Of a stretch of 64,000 nt of DNA, positions 48,851 to 58,394 are shown piece after piece. The stretch comes from Candidatus Altimarinota bacterium (GTDB lineage Bacteria; Patescibacteriota; Gracilibacteria; UBA4473). The stretch is from the NCBI GenBank assembly GCA_965231215.1, contig OZ246423.1, positions 704,001 to 768,000 of the forward strand, written 5' to 3'. Position 1 is the stretch's first letter, and each line of letters opens with the position of its first letter. The notes below the pieces were generated by a model that saw only the letters and a list, made by a program, of their open reading frames with translations, did not search any database and had not been told where the DNA came from. The position numbers and the translations under genes were made by a program.

Positions 48851-50194
48851 TCAACTCGATAAAGCCATGTCTAAAAGAGTCTTTAAATTCTTTATAGTAT
48901 CTTCTACTGGAGCAGCTCCGTGAGCGGCAAAGACTCTTGTTCCTTTTTTTAGGTTTAAAATTTCTGCCATGGCTACACTTTTTTTTCTCGCTTGGCTTAA
49001 GTTCCAAGCTCTTCTGGGATTAAAGAACGCTTTCCAGAATAAACTCTCCTCAAAAAAAGCATCAGCTAAAATTTTAGACGCTGGAGTTGCATACACAATA
49101 GAATCCGGATTTTCAAGGATAAAGGAAGGTTCTACAAGCACAGCTTTTTGGCCAGAATTTCGTATTTCTTTTACTAATTCTTTTAGTTCAGGAGTGCCCT
49201 TTGAGTCTTCTGTTCCGTTACATAAAATATAAAATGGGCCTTGGGATTGGGGGGTTTTCCACCCTTCCTGAGTGGAGCCTTCAAGGCGATGGATTCTCGA
49301 TTTAATAGAATCCCTTGTTTTTTGATTGCTCAGGGTTCTAAAATGGCTTTTTTGACGATACAAAAGTTCTATAAACTTAAGGTGTAAGTTCCCAATAAAA
49401 CCATCGGACAAAACCACAGACGGTTGATGCTTGCTTCCATTTAACCCAATTTCAGAGAGAGGATCAAAATCGAGAAATTTACAAACCCCATGAGTTGATT
49501 GAATTTGATCTTGAATCTCTTGCGGAGAAAAGGAATCAGAAGGGAGAATCATTATGGGCCCCTCAGCATCAGATTCAGCATGTTCTTTGAGGGTGGTAAG
49601 CATCAAGGTAAAGTCTTCTATTTTAGGCTTAGGGATGGCTCCATTATCACCAAACTCTATACCTGGCATGATATTTTTAGAAATAAAGGGTCTTCCCCGC
49701 GTTCCCCTAAACTTAAGACTTCCTGCAACTTGCGCTGCGGTAGATCCCGCAGTAAAAACGGCATAAGGACTTTGCTCTTCTGCCAGCCTAAACATTTTAG
49801 CCATGGAGGTCCCAGGCACTGGTTTTTTCCCTCCCATTGGGGTTTGTTCTTCACTTTCTACTATTTGAAGAAAGTCTGTATTGTGAAAAGGTTGTTCAGT
49901 TTGAAACATATGAAAACCTTCGACCTGAGAGCTTAAAAATGCGGCTTGATCTGAACGGGATTTTATTTCGTCCAGGGCTTTTTGAATTGCTTCTCTAATT
50001 TCTGGGCCTCTTCCGAAAAGAACAAACTTTACTTTACCGGCTACAAGCTTGGAATAGTGGGTTACCAAAAAAATTTTCAAGGCTTTTAGATTCCTAAGAG
50101 CCGCATCTCCTTCGTATTCACCAGTTTTAGTCTCAGGGCTGGCATCCCCACCTAAGACGTCCCAAAAAATTAGTTTTTGATCTTCGTTCATCAT
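48851..50194 (-). CDS. plsX: Divergent PlsX phosphate acyltransferase with an internal duplication
   Basis: DVLGGDASP, TAGSTAA, RP, DNGA, VVLSDGFIGNLHLK, NGTEDSKG, AAHG. Confidence 0.7.
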   Translation of the reverse strand: MMNEDQKLIFWDVLGGDASPETKTGEYEGDAALRNLKALKIFLVTHYSKLVAGKVKFVLFGRGPEIREAIQKALDEIKSRSDQAAFLSSQVEGFHMFQTEQPFHNTDFLQIVESEEQTPMGGKKPVPGTSMAKMFRLAEEQSPYAVFTAGSTAAQVAGSLKFRGTRGRPFISKNIMPGIEFGDNGAIPKPKIEDFTLMLTTLKEHAESDAEGPIMILPSDSFSPQEIQDQIQSTHGVCKFLDFDPLSEIGLNGSKHQPSVVLSDGFIGNLHLKFIELLYRQKSHFRTLSNQKTRDSIKSRIHRLEGSTQEGWKTPQSQGPFYILCNGTEDSKGTPELKELVKEIRNSGQKAVLVEPSFILENPDSIVYATPASKILADAFFEESLFWKAFFNPRRAWNLSQARKKSVAMAEILNLKKGTRVFAAHGAAPVEDTIKNLKTLLDMALSS

Positions 50195-50222
50195 TGACTT
50201 TGTATTTTTTTATTTCAAAAAG

Positions 50223-52424
50223 TCAATAATCAAATAGATTATTTAGGATTTCTTTTCCCCATCTAGAGTTTTCTCGAGGGTCGAGGAAGTGAATTGTTTT
50301 TAGGTTTGAAAAGGTTCCCATTCTTCTGCTAATAGTTGCCTCTAACTGAGTCATGGTCCAGGTAGCCCAAAAATTTTGTCCAGACTGTTTCATGACATCT
50401 TCAAATTTTTGAAGGAGTGGACTGGGCGGAGCAAAGGGAAATTTTTGGAACACAAGGTGTTCAAAGTTAAAGCTATCTAATTTTGGGTTTAAACATTTTT
50501 GGTAGAGAAAGCAGATACGTTTGTTTTTATTTTTTTCCATCAATTCAAGCATTTTTCCGCTGCCTCCAGATATTTTTTCCCCAATCAAAACCATATTTTC
50601 TTCGAGCCTCGGAGAGATTCTGTCAAAGACTTTTCCTAAACTATCTAAACTTGAAAAATTCAGAGCTACATGCCCTTCACTCTGTTGAAATAAGTCCCAT
50701 ACAAAATCAGCCGTAAAGTCATTAAATTCTGGAGAGCTTTGAGAGACTAATTTTTTGGGAATTTGGAGCGCTGGTTTTTTGTCAGGCAGTAACGAAATTT
50801 TACCCCCTTCGGTTTGCCCAAAGAAGGTTTGAAAAAAGGCCTCATTTTTTGGATCGGTATGGCTTCTATAAGCAAAAATCTTTTTATAACTACCCAAGCC
50901 TGATTTTATATTTCGCCAATCTTCTGGGTGCCAAGAATAAAAAGTAAGATTACCACTTTCTGGGGCGTAGATTAGCCACCGAGTACATTTTGGATCTGGA
51001 TTGGTAAAGTAAGGTTCCCAGAGAGTGAAAGTATCTAGATCAACAAGGTCCTTAATCTCTTCTAAGAAAGTATCGAATCTATCTTGGACCCCAAGCAGCA
51101 TTTTTTCAGGAAAACGAGAAAGACTTTTTCCCAACTTTTTTTCTATAAAATCACGGCAAAAACGGGCGGTAAAAAACTGAGTCTTTTGAGCTACCTCTTC
51201 ATCAACATGGTTTAGATATGAGGCAAAAGATAGACTTTTTGTGGGATGAAAAAGGAGGCTTTCAGCTGCCATTTCTGCCTCATCGATTAAAAGTATACGA
51301 TCTTTAAATACGCCGGTGTCTTCTAAATCAGCTAGAGCTTTGGGAGTACAACAGAGTGTTTTTTCTTTAAATTTTTCTGTAAGTACGGTTTGGTATGCTG
51401 GGTTTTTGATATCTTGTGTATGCACTTCATCCCAAAAATCTCGTTCTTTGAAGAATAAATCAAAATGAATCAGGCCTCGGTAGCCTAAAAAATTTCGATA
51501 AATACATTTGAGATAAAAGGTGGTTTCTTGGTTGTTTAAAACGGCTCTCTGTTGGGCAAAAATATTAATTTTCTCAGGATCAAAAATAACCTCCGGGGTT
51601 GGCAGTTTTGGAATCGTTTTAAAAGACTCCAGCTTTGGGGTAATGATACAGGTTGGAGTTTTTTGAGCGGCTATAGACTCAAAAAATTCTTGAGCCTCTT
51701 TATTTGAATGGATACGACAAAACACATTGTTCTCATTTTCTAAGGCTTTTTGACACGCGTCTATCGCGGAGTCCCATTTAGAATTAGAGTTTAAGTCAAA
51801 AGGTTCAGTTTTTCTTTTTGGCAGATTAGATTGACCCTCAGTTTGGAGAAAAAGTTCACGTGCATACCACTTGGTTTGGGTTTCAAGAAAGGGTTTGATT
51901 TGTGCTAAAAAGGGTTTGGGAAGTGATTCAATTTTTTCACACAAGAGTTCAAATAAATCCTTTGAGGCCAGCACATCACTCATGGCTCTATGGGCACTTT
52001 CGTGCGTAAATCCATAATTTTTAGTTAACACTTCTAAAGCGAAACTCGGTTCTAAAGGCAGCAAAATTCGGGCTAATTCATGCGTGTCAATTCGTGGGTT
52101 TGCAGCGACATCAATTCCGTTTCCGATAAGAAAATTAATATCAAAATCAATATTATGGCCCACTATTACAGAATCCCCAATAGCTTCTTTAAGGTTGGTT
52201 TTGATTTCTTCTAAGTAGACCCCTTTTTCATCAATTTCTTTTTGGGTAATACCCGTGAGTCCTGAAACAAAATCAGTAAGAGGGGATTTATCGGGAATTA
52301 AGACTTGGTCTACTTCTAAAATCTTTTCCCCCTCTTTATACCGAACAAAAGAGATTTCAATAATAGAGTCTTTCTTTGGTTCAAACCCTGTAGTTTCTAA
52401 ATCTAAAAAACACAAATCCATCAC
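50223..52424 (-). CDS. DnaQ-like 3'-5' exonuclease fused to a degenerate DinG helicase
   Basis: DLETTG, GHNIDFD, HRAMSDV; helicase part keeps IDEA and KFPF but no recognisable Walker A. Confidence 0.8.
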   Translation of the reverse strand: MMDLCFLDLETTGFEPKKDSIIEISFVRYKEGEKILEVDQVLIPDKSPLTDFVSGLTGITQKEIDEKGVYLEEIKTNLKEAIGDSVIVGHNIDFDINFLIGNGIDVAANPRIDTHELARILLPLEPSFALEVLTKNYGFTHESAHRAMSDVLASKDLFELLCEKIESLPKPFLAQIKPFLETQTKWYARELFLQTEGQSNLPKRKTEPFDLNSNSKWDSAIDACQKALENENNVFCRIHSNKEAQEFFESIAAQKTPTCIITPKLESFKTIPKLPTPEVIFDPEKINIFAQQRAVLNNQETTFYLKCIYRNFLGYRGLIHFDLFFKERDFWDEVHTQDIKNPAYQTVLTEKFKEKTLCCTPKALADLEDTGVFKDRILLIDEAEMAAESLLFHPTKSLSFASYLNHVDEEVAQKTQFFTARFCRDFIEKKLGKSLSRFPEKMLLGVQDRFDTFLEEIKDLVDLDTFTLWEPYFTNPDPKCTRWLIYAPESGNLTFYSWHPEDWRNIKSGLGSYKKIFAYRSHTDPKNEAFFQTFFGQTEGGKISLLPDKKPALQIPKKLVSQSSPEFNDFTADFVWDLFQQSEGHVALNFSSLDSLGKVFDRISPRLEENMVLIGEKISGGSGKMLELMEKNKNKRICFLYQKCLNPKLDSFNFEHLVFQKFPFAPPSPLLQKFEDVMKQSGQNFWATWTMTQLEATISRRMGTFSNLKTIHFLDPRENSRWGKEILNNLFDY

Positions 52425-52483
52425 CTCAATTATATATCAATTAGTTATTGAAATCTTCCTCAAAACTTACATAATCGGAAACG

Positions 52484-52807
52484 ATGAAAATTTCAGAGCG
52501 TAGCAAAAGGTTTGCCGGAATTTTAGAGACTAAAATTCCCCCTCTCATACAAAAATTTTTTACTCCAGACCAAATAGGGTTTGTGACCGTTACGGCTGTT
52601 GAAGTTTCTGGAGATCTTAAAGTAGTTGATATTTTTGTGCGAAGTCTCAACGGGCCCGTGAATTTTTGCAAAAAACTCAACAAGCTCGATAAAAAATTTT
52701 CTCATGAACTTAGCCAGATACTCAAAGCCAGACAGTCTTTAATTATCCGATTTAAAGAAGATAAGTCAGTTAAAGCTGTAGAGGTGGCTAATAAAAACCT
52801 TAAATGA
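52484..52807 (+). CDS. rbfA: Ribosome-binding factor A
   Basis: FVTVTAVEVSGDL..F..D.S pattern, 107 aa. Confidence 0.8.
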   Translation: MKISERSKRFAGILETKIPPLIQKFFTPDQIGFVTVTAVEVSGDLKVVDIFVRSLNGPVNFCKKLNKLDKKFSHELSQILKARQSLIIRFKEDKSVKAVEVANKNLK

Positions 52808-53397
52808 ATATTTTGATAGCGACTGGAAACGAGGGAAAAAAGGCAGAAATACGGCAGTTTTTCAGGCCTGATTCTGGGGTTAAATTTGTAAGCCTTAAAG
52901 ATTTTGATTTCGTGGAAGAACCGGAAGAAGATGGAAAAACCTTTGAAGCCAACGCATTGATTAAAGCTCGGTATTATGGAGAAAATCATAATATCCCCAC
53001 TTTGGCTGAGGATTCTGGATTAATTCTTGAGGCTTTTCCTGAAAAATTTGGCCTCAAAACTCGTCGAGAGTTATCTGCAAAAGATGATATGGATTGGCTG
53101 GATCAGTTTTTGGAAATGATCCGAGACACTGAAAATAAAAAGGCCACTTTTTACTCTTCAATAGCTTTTTTTGATCCTATAAAAAAGATTGAACAGGCGG
53201 TGCTTGGAGTCACTTCCGGTGAAATTGTAGATTTTCCACAGGCCCCAATTGAAAAAGGAATTCCGGTTTCAAGTGTCTTCATTCCAGAAGGCTCTAGTGA
53301 GGTGTTTGCGGCTATGACTAAAGAGCAAAAGAATGCAGTATCTCATAGGGGCAAGGCTGTAGCGGCTTTTTCCGAATGGTTTGCTGAAAATTACTAA
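52804..53397 (+). CDS. rdgB: Non-canonical purine NTP pyrophosphatase (RdgB/HAM1)
   Basis: ATGNEGK, EDGKTFEANALIKA, EDSGL, KNAVSHRGKA. Confidence 0.92.
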   Translation: MNILIATGNEGKKAEIRQFFRPDSGVKFVSLKDFDFVEEPEEDGKTFEANALIKARYYGENHNIPTLAEDSGLILEAFPEKFGLKTRRELSAKDDMDWLDQFLEMIRDTENKKATFYSSIAFFDPIKKIEQAVLGVTSGEIVDFPQAPIEKGIPVSSVFIPEGSSEVFAAMTKEQKNAVSHRGKAVAAFSEWFAENY

Positions 53398-53507
53398 AAA
53401 ACTTTCCCCTTATTTTTCAGTTTCATCGAGTCTTTTTGTTTTTAAATTTTTAGAAAGTAATAGCTTGTAGCTTTACATTTTATATTTTCTTTTTAGAATT
53501 TCTGGCG

Positions 53508-54221
53508 ATGAAACCAAAGTATAAAAGAATTCTTCTCAAACTTTCTGGGGAGGCGTTATTGGGAAAAAAAGAGTTTGGCATTGATTATGAAATTTTGCAT
53601 CAAATTTGTGAAGAAGTAAAAGCCGTTCAAGCTATGGGAGTGGAAATAGCCGTGGTTATTGGAGCGGGGAATATTTGGAGAGGCACAGAGAATGGAGAAT
53701 CAGGGATTGATAGAGTGCCATCAGATTATATTGGAATGATGGGAACCCTGATGAACTCAGTGGCCCTGCAAGCAAATTTGGAAAAAATGGGCATCTATAC
53801 CCGTGTGGCTTCAGCCATGGATATTCCCTCAGTGGCGGAGCCTTACATTAGGCGCCGAGTGATCAGACACCTGGAAAAAGGGCGAATCGTTATTTGCGGA
53901 GCCGGAACGGGGAATCCCTATTTTACCACTGACTCTGCGGCCGCTCTGCGCAGTTTAGAACTGGAATGTGATGTGCTCCTTAAGGCTACAAATGTGGACG
54001 GAGTCTACGATGCTGATCCTCGTAAAAAACCTGACGCTAAAAAATACGATGAAGTGAATTTTGAAGAAGTGCTAGAGAAAAATTTAAAAGTGATGGATGG
54101 AACAGCTATTGCTCAATGTAGAGATAATAAAATGCCGATCATAGTTTTTGAGCTCATGAAAAAAGGGAATATCGTGAAAGTTGTTTGTGGTGAAAATATT
54201 GGAACTCGAATCACACTCTAA
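53508..54221 (+). CDS. pyrH: Uridylate kinase
   Basis: RILLKLSGEAL, GNPYFTTDSAA, VDGVYDADP. Confidence 0.97.
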   Translation: MKPKYKRILLKLSGEALLGKKEFGIDYEILHQICEEVKAVQAMGVEIAVVIGAGNIWRGTENGESGIDRVPSDYIGMMGTLMNSVALQANLEKMGIYTRVASAMDIPSVAEPYIRRRVIRHLEKGRIVICGAGTGNPYFTTDSAAALRSLELECDVLLKATNVDGVYDADPRKKPDAKKYDEVNFEEVLEKNLKVMDGTAIAQCRDNKMPIIVFELMKKGNIVKVVCGENIGTRITL

Positions 54222-55258
54222 TCAAACACCACGTAATCAAAGGCACCAATAGAAGTTTTTTCTGGTATGTCGATACTGATTTGTTGTGAAAACTGTTCGG
54301 CCAAACTTACGTCTGAATTTACTGTGTAGTAACTTTTTGGGAAAGGTTTCACTGTTCCTGAACCACTATATTCTACCATAAAAGGAATGCCTGGGATCTT
54401 GGTAGCGGTTCCGGTGTCTTCAAATTTTAGAAGGGATCGGAAGGTCAAACGGAAGTCGCTACAAGTGCCTCCGCCACTATCGGTACAACTCCAAAAGGCA
54501 TTGAGGTCAGTAACATTGGTGCCAGGTAAAATTTTCCCAGGAGTCGTGTTATTAGTTGAGATAGTTTGAGTTCCAGCCATAAGTTGATCTTCACAAATAA
54601 ACCCTGTGGCACCGCTACAATCGCTGTTATCGGTAGGGACAAAAGTTTCGACTCCTCGAGTTGTACTCTTACGAGAAAGAGACCAGTCTATTAGGACTTC
54701 AGTATTAGCGCTCCCAAAATCAAAACCAGAAGTAATTTCACTGGCACCATACTCAGCCAAAAGTGCATTTTTAGCCGTTGAGTTAGGGATTTGGTCTGTG
54801 TCGTTATAAAAATTTACAATCAAATCATCACTAATAAAGTTTGGGCCGCCACTGTTATTGGGAGCTATAGTAGGGTTGCCAGAACTATCCCATTGAAGCT
54901 GAATTTGTATAGTTTGGTTTTCTTTCAGCATTTCAGCGAGAGCCGCGTTATTACCATTGGAAGTCGTTGTTCGTCCCTGTAAGCTCCAGCTAGTAGTCGC
55001 ATCCACCACAGGATGAACAATAGTTTGGCTGGCGTCTCCGGAACTAAAATCAAGTCCAGCGCCTCGAGAGTTGTGATGAAAAAATGAAGCTTCAATTCCA
55101 GATTCTGAAGCAAAAAAGAGCTGAGTCGTTCTTTGGATATTTGAAGCCTGATCAAGAGATCGAGCAATAGAATCAAGCGTGGCAAAAGCGAGCGCTAAAA
55201 CCAAAAGAGAAGTTCCCATTGAGACTAATATAGAGATACCCTTTTCTTTACGAGACAT
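54218..55258 (-). CDS. PilX-like type IV pilus accessory protein
   Basis: KG followed by a hydrophobic helix, then QLFFASESGIE (PilX N-terminal pattern); Cys pairs; start could be 55372. Confidence 0.65.
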   Translation of the reverse strand: MSRKEKGISILVSMGTSLLVLALAFATLDSIARSLDQASNIQRTTQLFFASESGIEASFFHHNSRGAGLDFSSGDASQTIVHPVVDATTSWSLQGRTTTSNGNNAALAEMLKENQTIQIQLQWDSSGNPTIAPNNSGGPNFISDDLIVNFYNDTDQIPNSTAKNALLAEYGASEITSGFDFGSANTEVLIDWSLSRKSTTRGVETFVPTDNSDCSGATGFICEDQLMAGTQTISTNNTTPGKILPGTNVTDLNAFWSCTDSGGGTCSDFRLTFRSLLKFEDTGTATKIPGIPFMVEYSGSGTVKPFPKSYYTVNSDVSLAEQFSQQISIDIPEKTSIGAFDYVVFD

Positions 55259-55403
55259 TGAAAATCTAAAAATTCCTGAGGTTTCTAAAAAATATTTTTG
55301 AACACGCCGTGAAGCACTACGATTTTTGGTGAGGTTTTTCCAATAGCTCAAATTTCTTTGTTTTTCTATCATCTAGATCAATTCTACAGTAAAATTTGGG
55401 CTG

Positions 55404-56921
55404 ATGAAAAAAGTTTACCTTATAATTCTCGATGGATTTGGCTTAGCTCCCGATAGCGAAGGGAATGCCATTACTCAAGCACAGGCGCCTTATTTGAAAT
55501 CGCTGATAAGTGGAAAAGCCTATCCAATGTCTCGCCTAAAAACGCATGGAGAACCCGTGGGATTGCCAGAATTCCAAACAGGGGGATCAGAAGCAGGACA
55601 CATTACCATTGGCGCTGGACGAGCCGTGAAACTTTTATTGACTAAAATTAATGATGCTATCGAAGATGGGAGTTTTAAGTCTAACGATGTGCTGAAAAGT
55701 TTATTTGAAAAAGCCGCTAAAAATAACCGGATTCATTTTATGGGGATGGCGTCTGATGGTGGAGTTCATTCCTTTTTGCCCCACCTGTTTGGGTTACTCG
55801 ATTTGGCCAAAGAGTACGGGATTGAAAATGTATATAATCACTGTTTTTTGGATGGTCGAGATGTAGGTACTCGGACTGCAGCCGAATATTTAACTGCGCT
55901 AGAAGCAAAAGGCGGAAAGATTGCCTCTATCCAAGGGCGGTTTTATGCCATGGATCGAGACCAAAATTGGGAACGGACAGAATTAGCCTACAAAACCCTG
56001 GTAAGTGAAGAGGTTGTGCCTACTAAAAAATCATGGAAAGCCGTTATCGAAGATCACTACGCAAGCGATCCTACTATATCAGACTATTATGTGGAACCAC
56101 ACTTATTTGATACTGAGGCTCAGATACAACCAGGAGACATTGTGATTAATTGGAACTTTAGAACGGATCGTGAACGACAAATTTCTGCGGCATTATGTGA
56201 CGCTTCTTTTGAAGCATTCGATCGTCCAGTAAAAATAGACGTACAAAATTACGGAATTTTTGGGGATTATTATGAGGGAGCTCAGCAACCTTTTAATTTT
56301 GGAGATGAGACCCCTAAAAATACACTAGGAGAATATGTCTCAAATCTGGGGGGAACACAATTGCGAATATCTGAAACTGAAAAATTTAATCACGTTACTT
56401 TTTTTTACAGCGGACAACAGAAAGCGCCTTTTCCCGGAGAGGATAGAATTTTGGTGCCTTCACCTAAATGTCCAAGCTATGCCGAAAAACCTGAAATGTC
56501 GGCCTATGAAGTCCTAGAGAAAGCCTTAGAAAGTCTCAATAAAGGATACAATTTAGTCGTGCATAATTTTGCTAATCCAGATTTAGTAGGGCACTCTGGC
56601 TCCTTGGAAGCGGCTATAAAAGCTATTGAAATAATGGATGAATGCTGCGCTAAATTAATCCCTAAAATATTAGAAGCTGGATATGATCTTATCGTTACTT
56701 CTGATCACGGAAATGCGGACAAAATGATTAACGAAGACGGAAGTCCAAATGCTTCTCACACCAAAGCCTATACGCCGTGCGTAGTTATAAGCCAAAAAGA
56801 GGAATGGCAGCCTATGACCCTGCCAGAGACAGGAGACCTGCGTGATATTGCCCCCACCCTCTGCACTCTTTTGGGTATTGATATTCCAGCAGAGATGACG
56901 GGGAAGAGTCTGTTAGGCTAA
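55404..56921 (+). CDS. gpmI: 2,3-bisphosphoglycerate-independent phosphoglycerate mutase
   Basis: ILDGFG, SEAGH, DGGVHS, GRFYAMDRD, NPDLVGH, SDHGN. Confidence 0.96.
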   Translation: MKKVYLIILDGFGLAPDSEGNAITQAQAPYLKSLISGKAYPMSRLKTHGEPVGLPEFQTGGSEAGHITIGAGRAVKLLLTKINDAIEDGSFKSNDVLKSLFEKAAKNNRIHFMGMASDGGVHSFLPHLFGLLDLAKEYGIENVYNHCFLDGRDVGTRTAAEYLTALEAKGGKIASIQGRFYAMDRDQNWERTELAYKTLVSEEVVPTKKSWKAVIEDHYASDPTISDYYVEPHLFDTEAQIQPGDIVINWNFRTDRERQISAALCDASFEAFDRPVKIDVQNYGIFGDYYEGAQQPFNFGDETPKNTLGEYVSNLGGTQLRISETEKFNHVTFFYSGQQKAPFPGEDRILVPSPKCPSYAEKPEMSAYEVLEKALESLNKGYNLVVHNFANPDLVGHSGSLEAAIKAIEIMDECCAKLIPKILEAGYDLIVTSDHGNADKMINEDGSPNASHTKAYTPCVVISQKEEWQPMTLPETGDLRDIAPTLCTLLGIDIPAEMTGKSLLG

Positions 56922-58175
56922 GAGAGATTTTAACTTGGTTTCATCAATCCCTGGCCCAATGCCTGCAAAGCGAAAATTTTCAGGCTGTAATAGCTCTTTA
57001 GCAAGGGTCTCTACGGCTTCTTTTTTAACAGCTCTAATTTTTGTTTTCCAGTCTTCAAAGGATTCATTTTTTCCATACAAAAGTTGATTTTTGGCATATT
57101 CATGAGCCACCTCTTCTGTGTCCTCTGTCGTGAGGTCGGTTTTTCCGATGAGGTAGTTCCGGGCCTTTTGGAGCTCGTCTTCAGTGATCCCGCTGCGGGC
57201 AATTTGGTCGTATTCATATCGGATAGCTTCGACGGCTTTGAGCACATCATCTACTTTTACTCCGGCACGAGTGGTCATGAGCCCAGTGTCTGAATATTCA
57301 TCTACTTGAGTGCGGATAGAGTAACAAAGCCCTTTTTCTTCTCGTACGTTTTGGAACATTCTTGAACTCATATTACCCCCCAAAATTACGCCAAGGACTC
57401 GGAGAGCAGGGAAAAGTGGATCGGTCTCACTCAACGCCCTAACGCCAAAAGAAAGGTGATATTGCTCGGTTTTCTTTTCACGAATTTTGGTAATTTCCGT
57501 GGCTTTACTCCGATCAAATTTTGTAGGAGGAATACCTACGGCTTTTGATTCCATTTCAAAATAGGCCGCGATAGTTTCAAGATCATTTTTATTCACGGCT
57601 CCGGCAACAGTAACGACCATATTTTCAGGAACATACTGTGCATTTTTGTATTCTAAAAACTGTTCTCGGGTAACTGAACTTACCACTTCTTTTGTCCCAA
57701 TTTGATCCCATCCTAGCGGCTGATCCCCAAAGGTAAGTCGCTCAAAATCCCAAGAAATTTGATACATTGGAGCATCTAAGTACATGGCCATCTCTTCCAA
57801 AATTACGCCTCGCTCTTTTTCAATTTCTTCTGCTGGAAAGTTTGAATAAAGCAACATGTCAGACAATACATCTAAAGATTTTTCTAGGTTTTCTTTCCCA
57901 CTTTTAACGTAGTATCCAGCGTATTCTTTACCCGTGAAAGCGTTAAATTCACCACCAAACATATCCACGGCTTCGCTCACTTCTTTCGGGGTTTTGTACT
58001 TTTTAGCGCCTTTAAAAAACATATGTTCAAGGAAGTGTGAGATTCCGGTAATGGCTTTGGTTTCGTATCGAGATCCAGCGCCAACTAAAATAAGGACGGT
58101 AACAACACTGGTTCCTGGCATCTCTACACACTGAATTTGTAAGCCGCTTTTCGTTTTGGTTTGGTGACATTTCAT
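56913..58175 (-). CDS. M16 (pitrilysin) family peptidase
   Basis: GISHFLEHMFFKG, NAFT, MSSRMFQNVREEKGLCY. Confidence 0.94.
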   Translation of the reverse strand: MKCHQTKTKSGLQIQCVEMPGTSVVTVLILVGAGSRYETKAITGISHFLEHMFFKGAKKYKTPKEVSEAVDMFGGEFNAFTGKEYAGYYVKSGKENLEKSLDVLSDMLLYSNFPAEEIEKERGVILEEMAMYLDAPMYQISWDFERLTFGDQPLGWDQIGTKEVVSSVTREQFLEYKNAQYVPENMVVTVAGAVNKNDLETIAAYFEMESKAVGIPPTKFDRSKATEITKIREKKTEQYHLSFGVRALSETDPLFPALRVLGVILGGNMSSRMFQNVREEKGLCYSIRTQVDEYSDTGLMTTRAGVKVDDVLKAVEAIRYEYDQIARSGITEDELQKARNYLIGKTDLTTEDTEEVAHEYAKNQLLYGKNESFEDWKTKIRAVKKEAVETLAKELLQPENFRFAGIGPGIDETKLKSLLA

Positions 58176-58216
58176 GCGGTCAGAATACTAAATTTTTAGC
58201 CTCCAAAAAGAAAGCT

Positions 58217-58348
58217 TTAAGTGTTTAATTTCTTCTTCAAAATCGAGCAAGTACACCGGCTTACAACTTTTACTATATCTTCATAACTTTTGTGAATATC
58301 GGTAGGGTTTCCATCCTGTCCAATAGTCTCTAATTCACTAATTTTCAT
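58217..58348 (-). CDS. Putative 43-aa small protein
   Basis: MKISELETIGQDGNPTDIHKSYEDIVKVVSRCTCSILKKKLNT* fills an otherwise empty gap. Confidence 0.4.
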   Translation of the reverse strand: MKISELETIGQDGNPTDIHKSYEDIVKVVSRCTCSILKKKLNT

Positions 58349-58394
58349 GGCTTAAAAAATTGACATTTTTCCATATTTATTTATTAAATACAAT

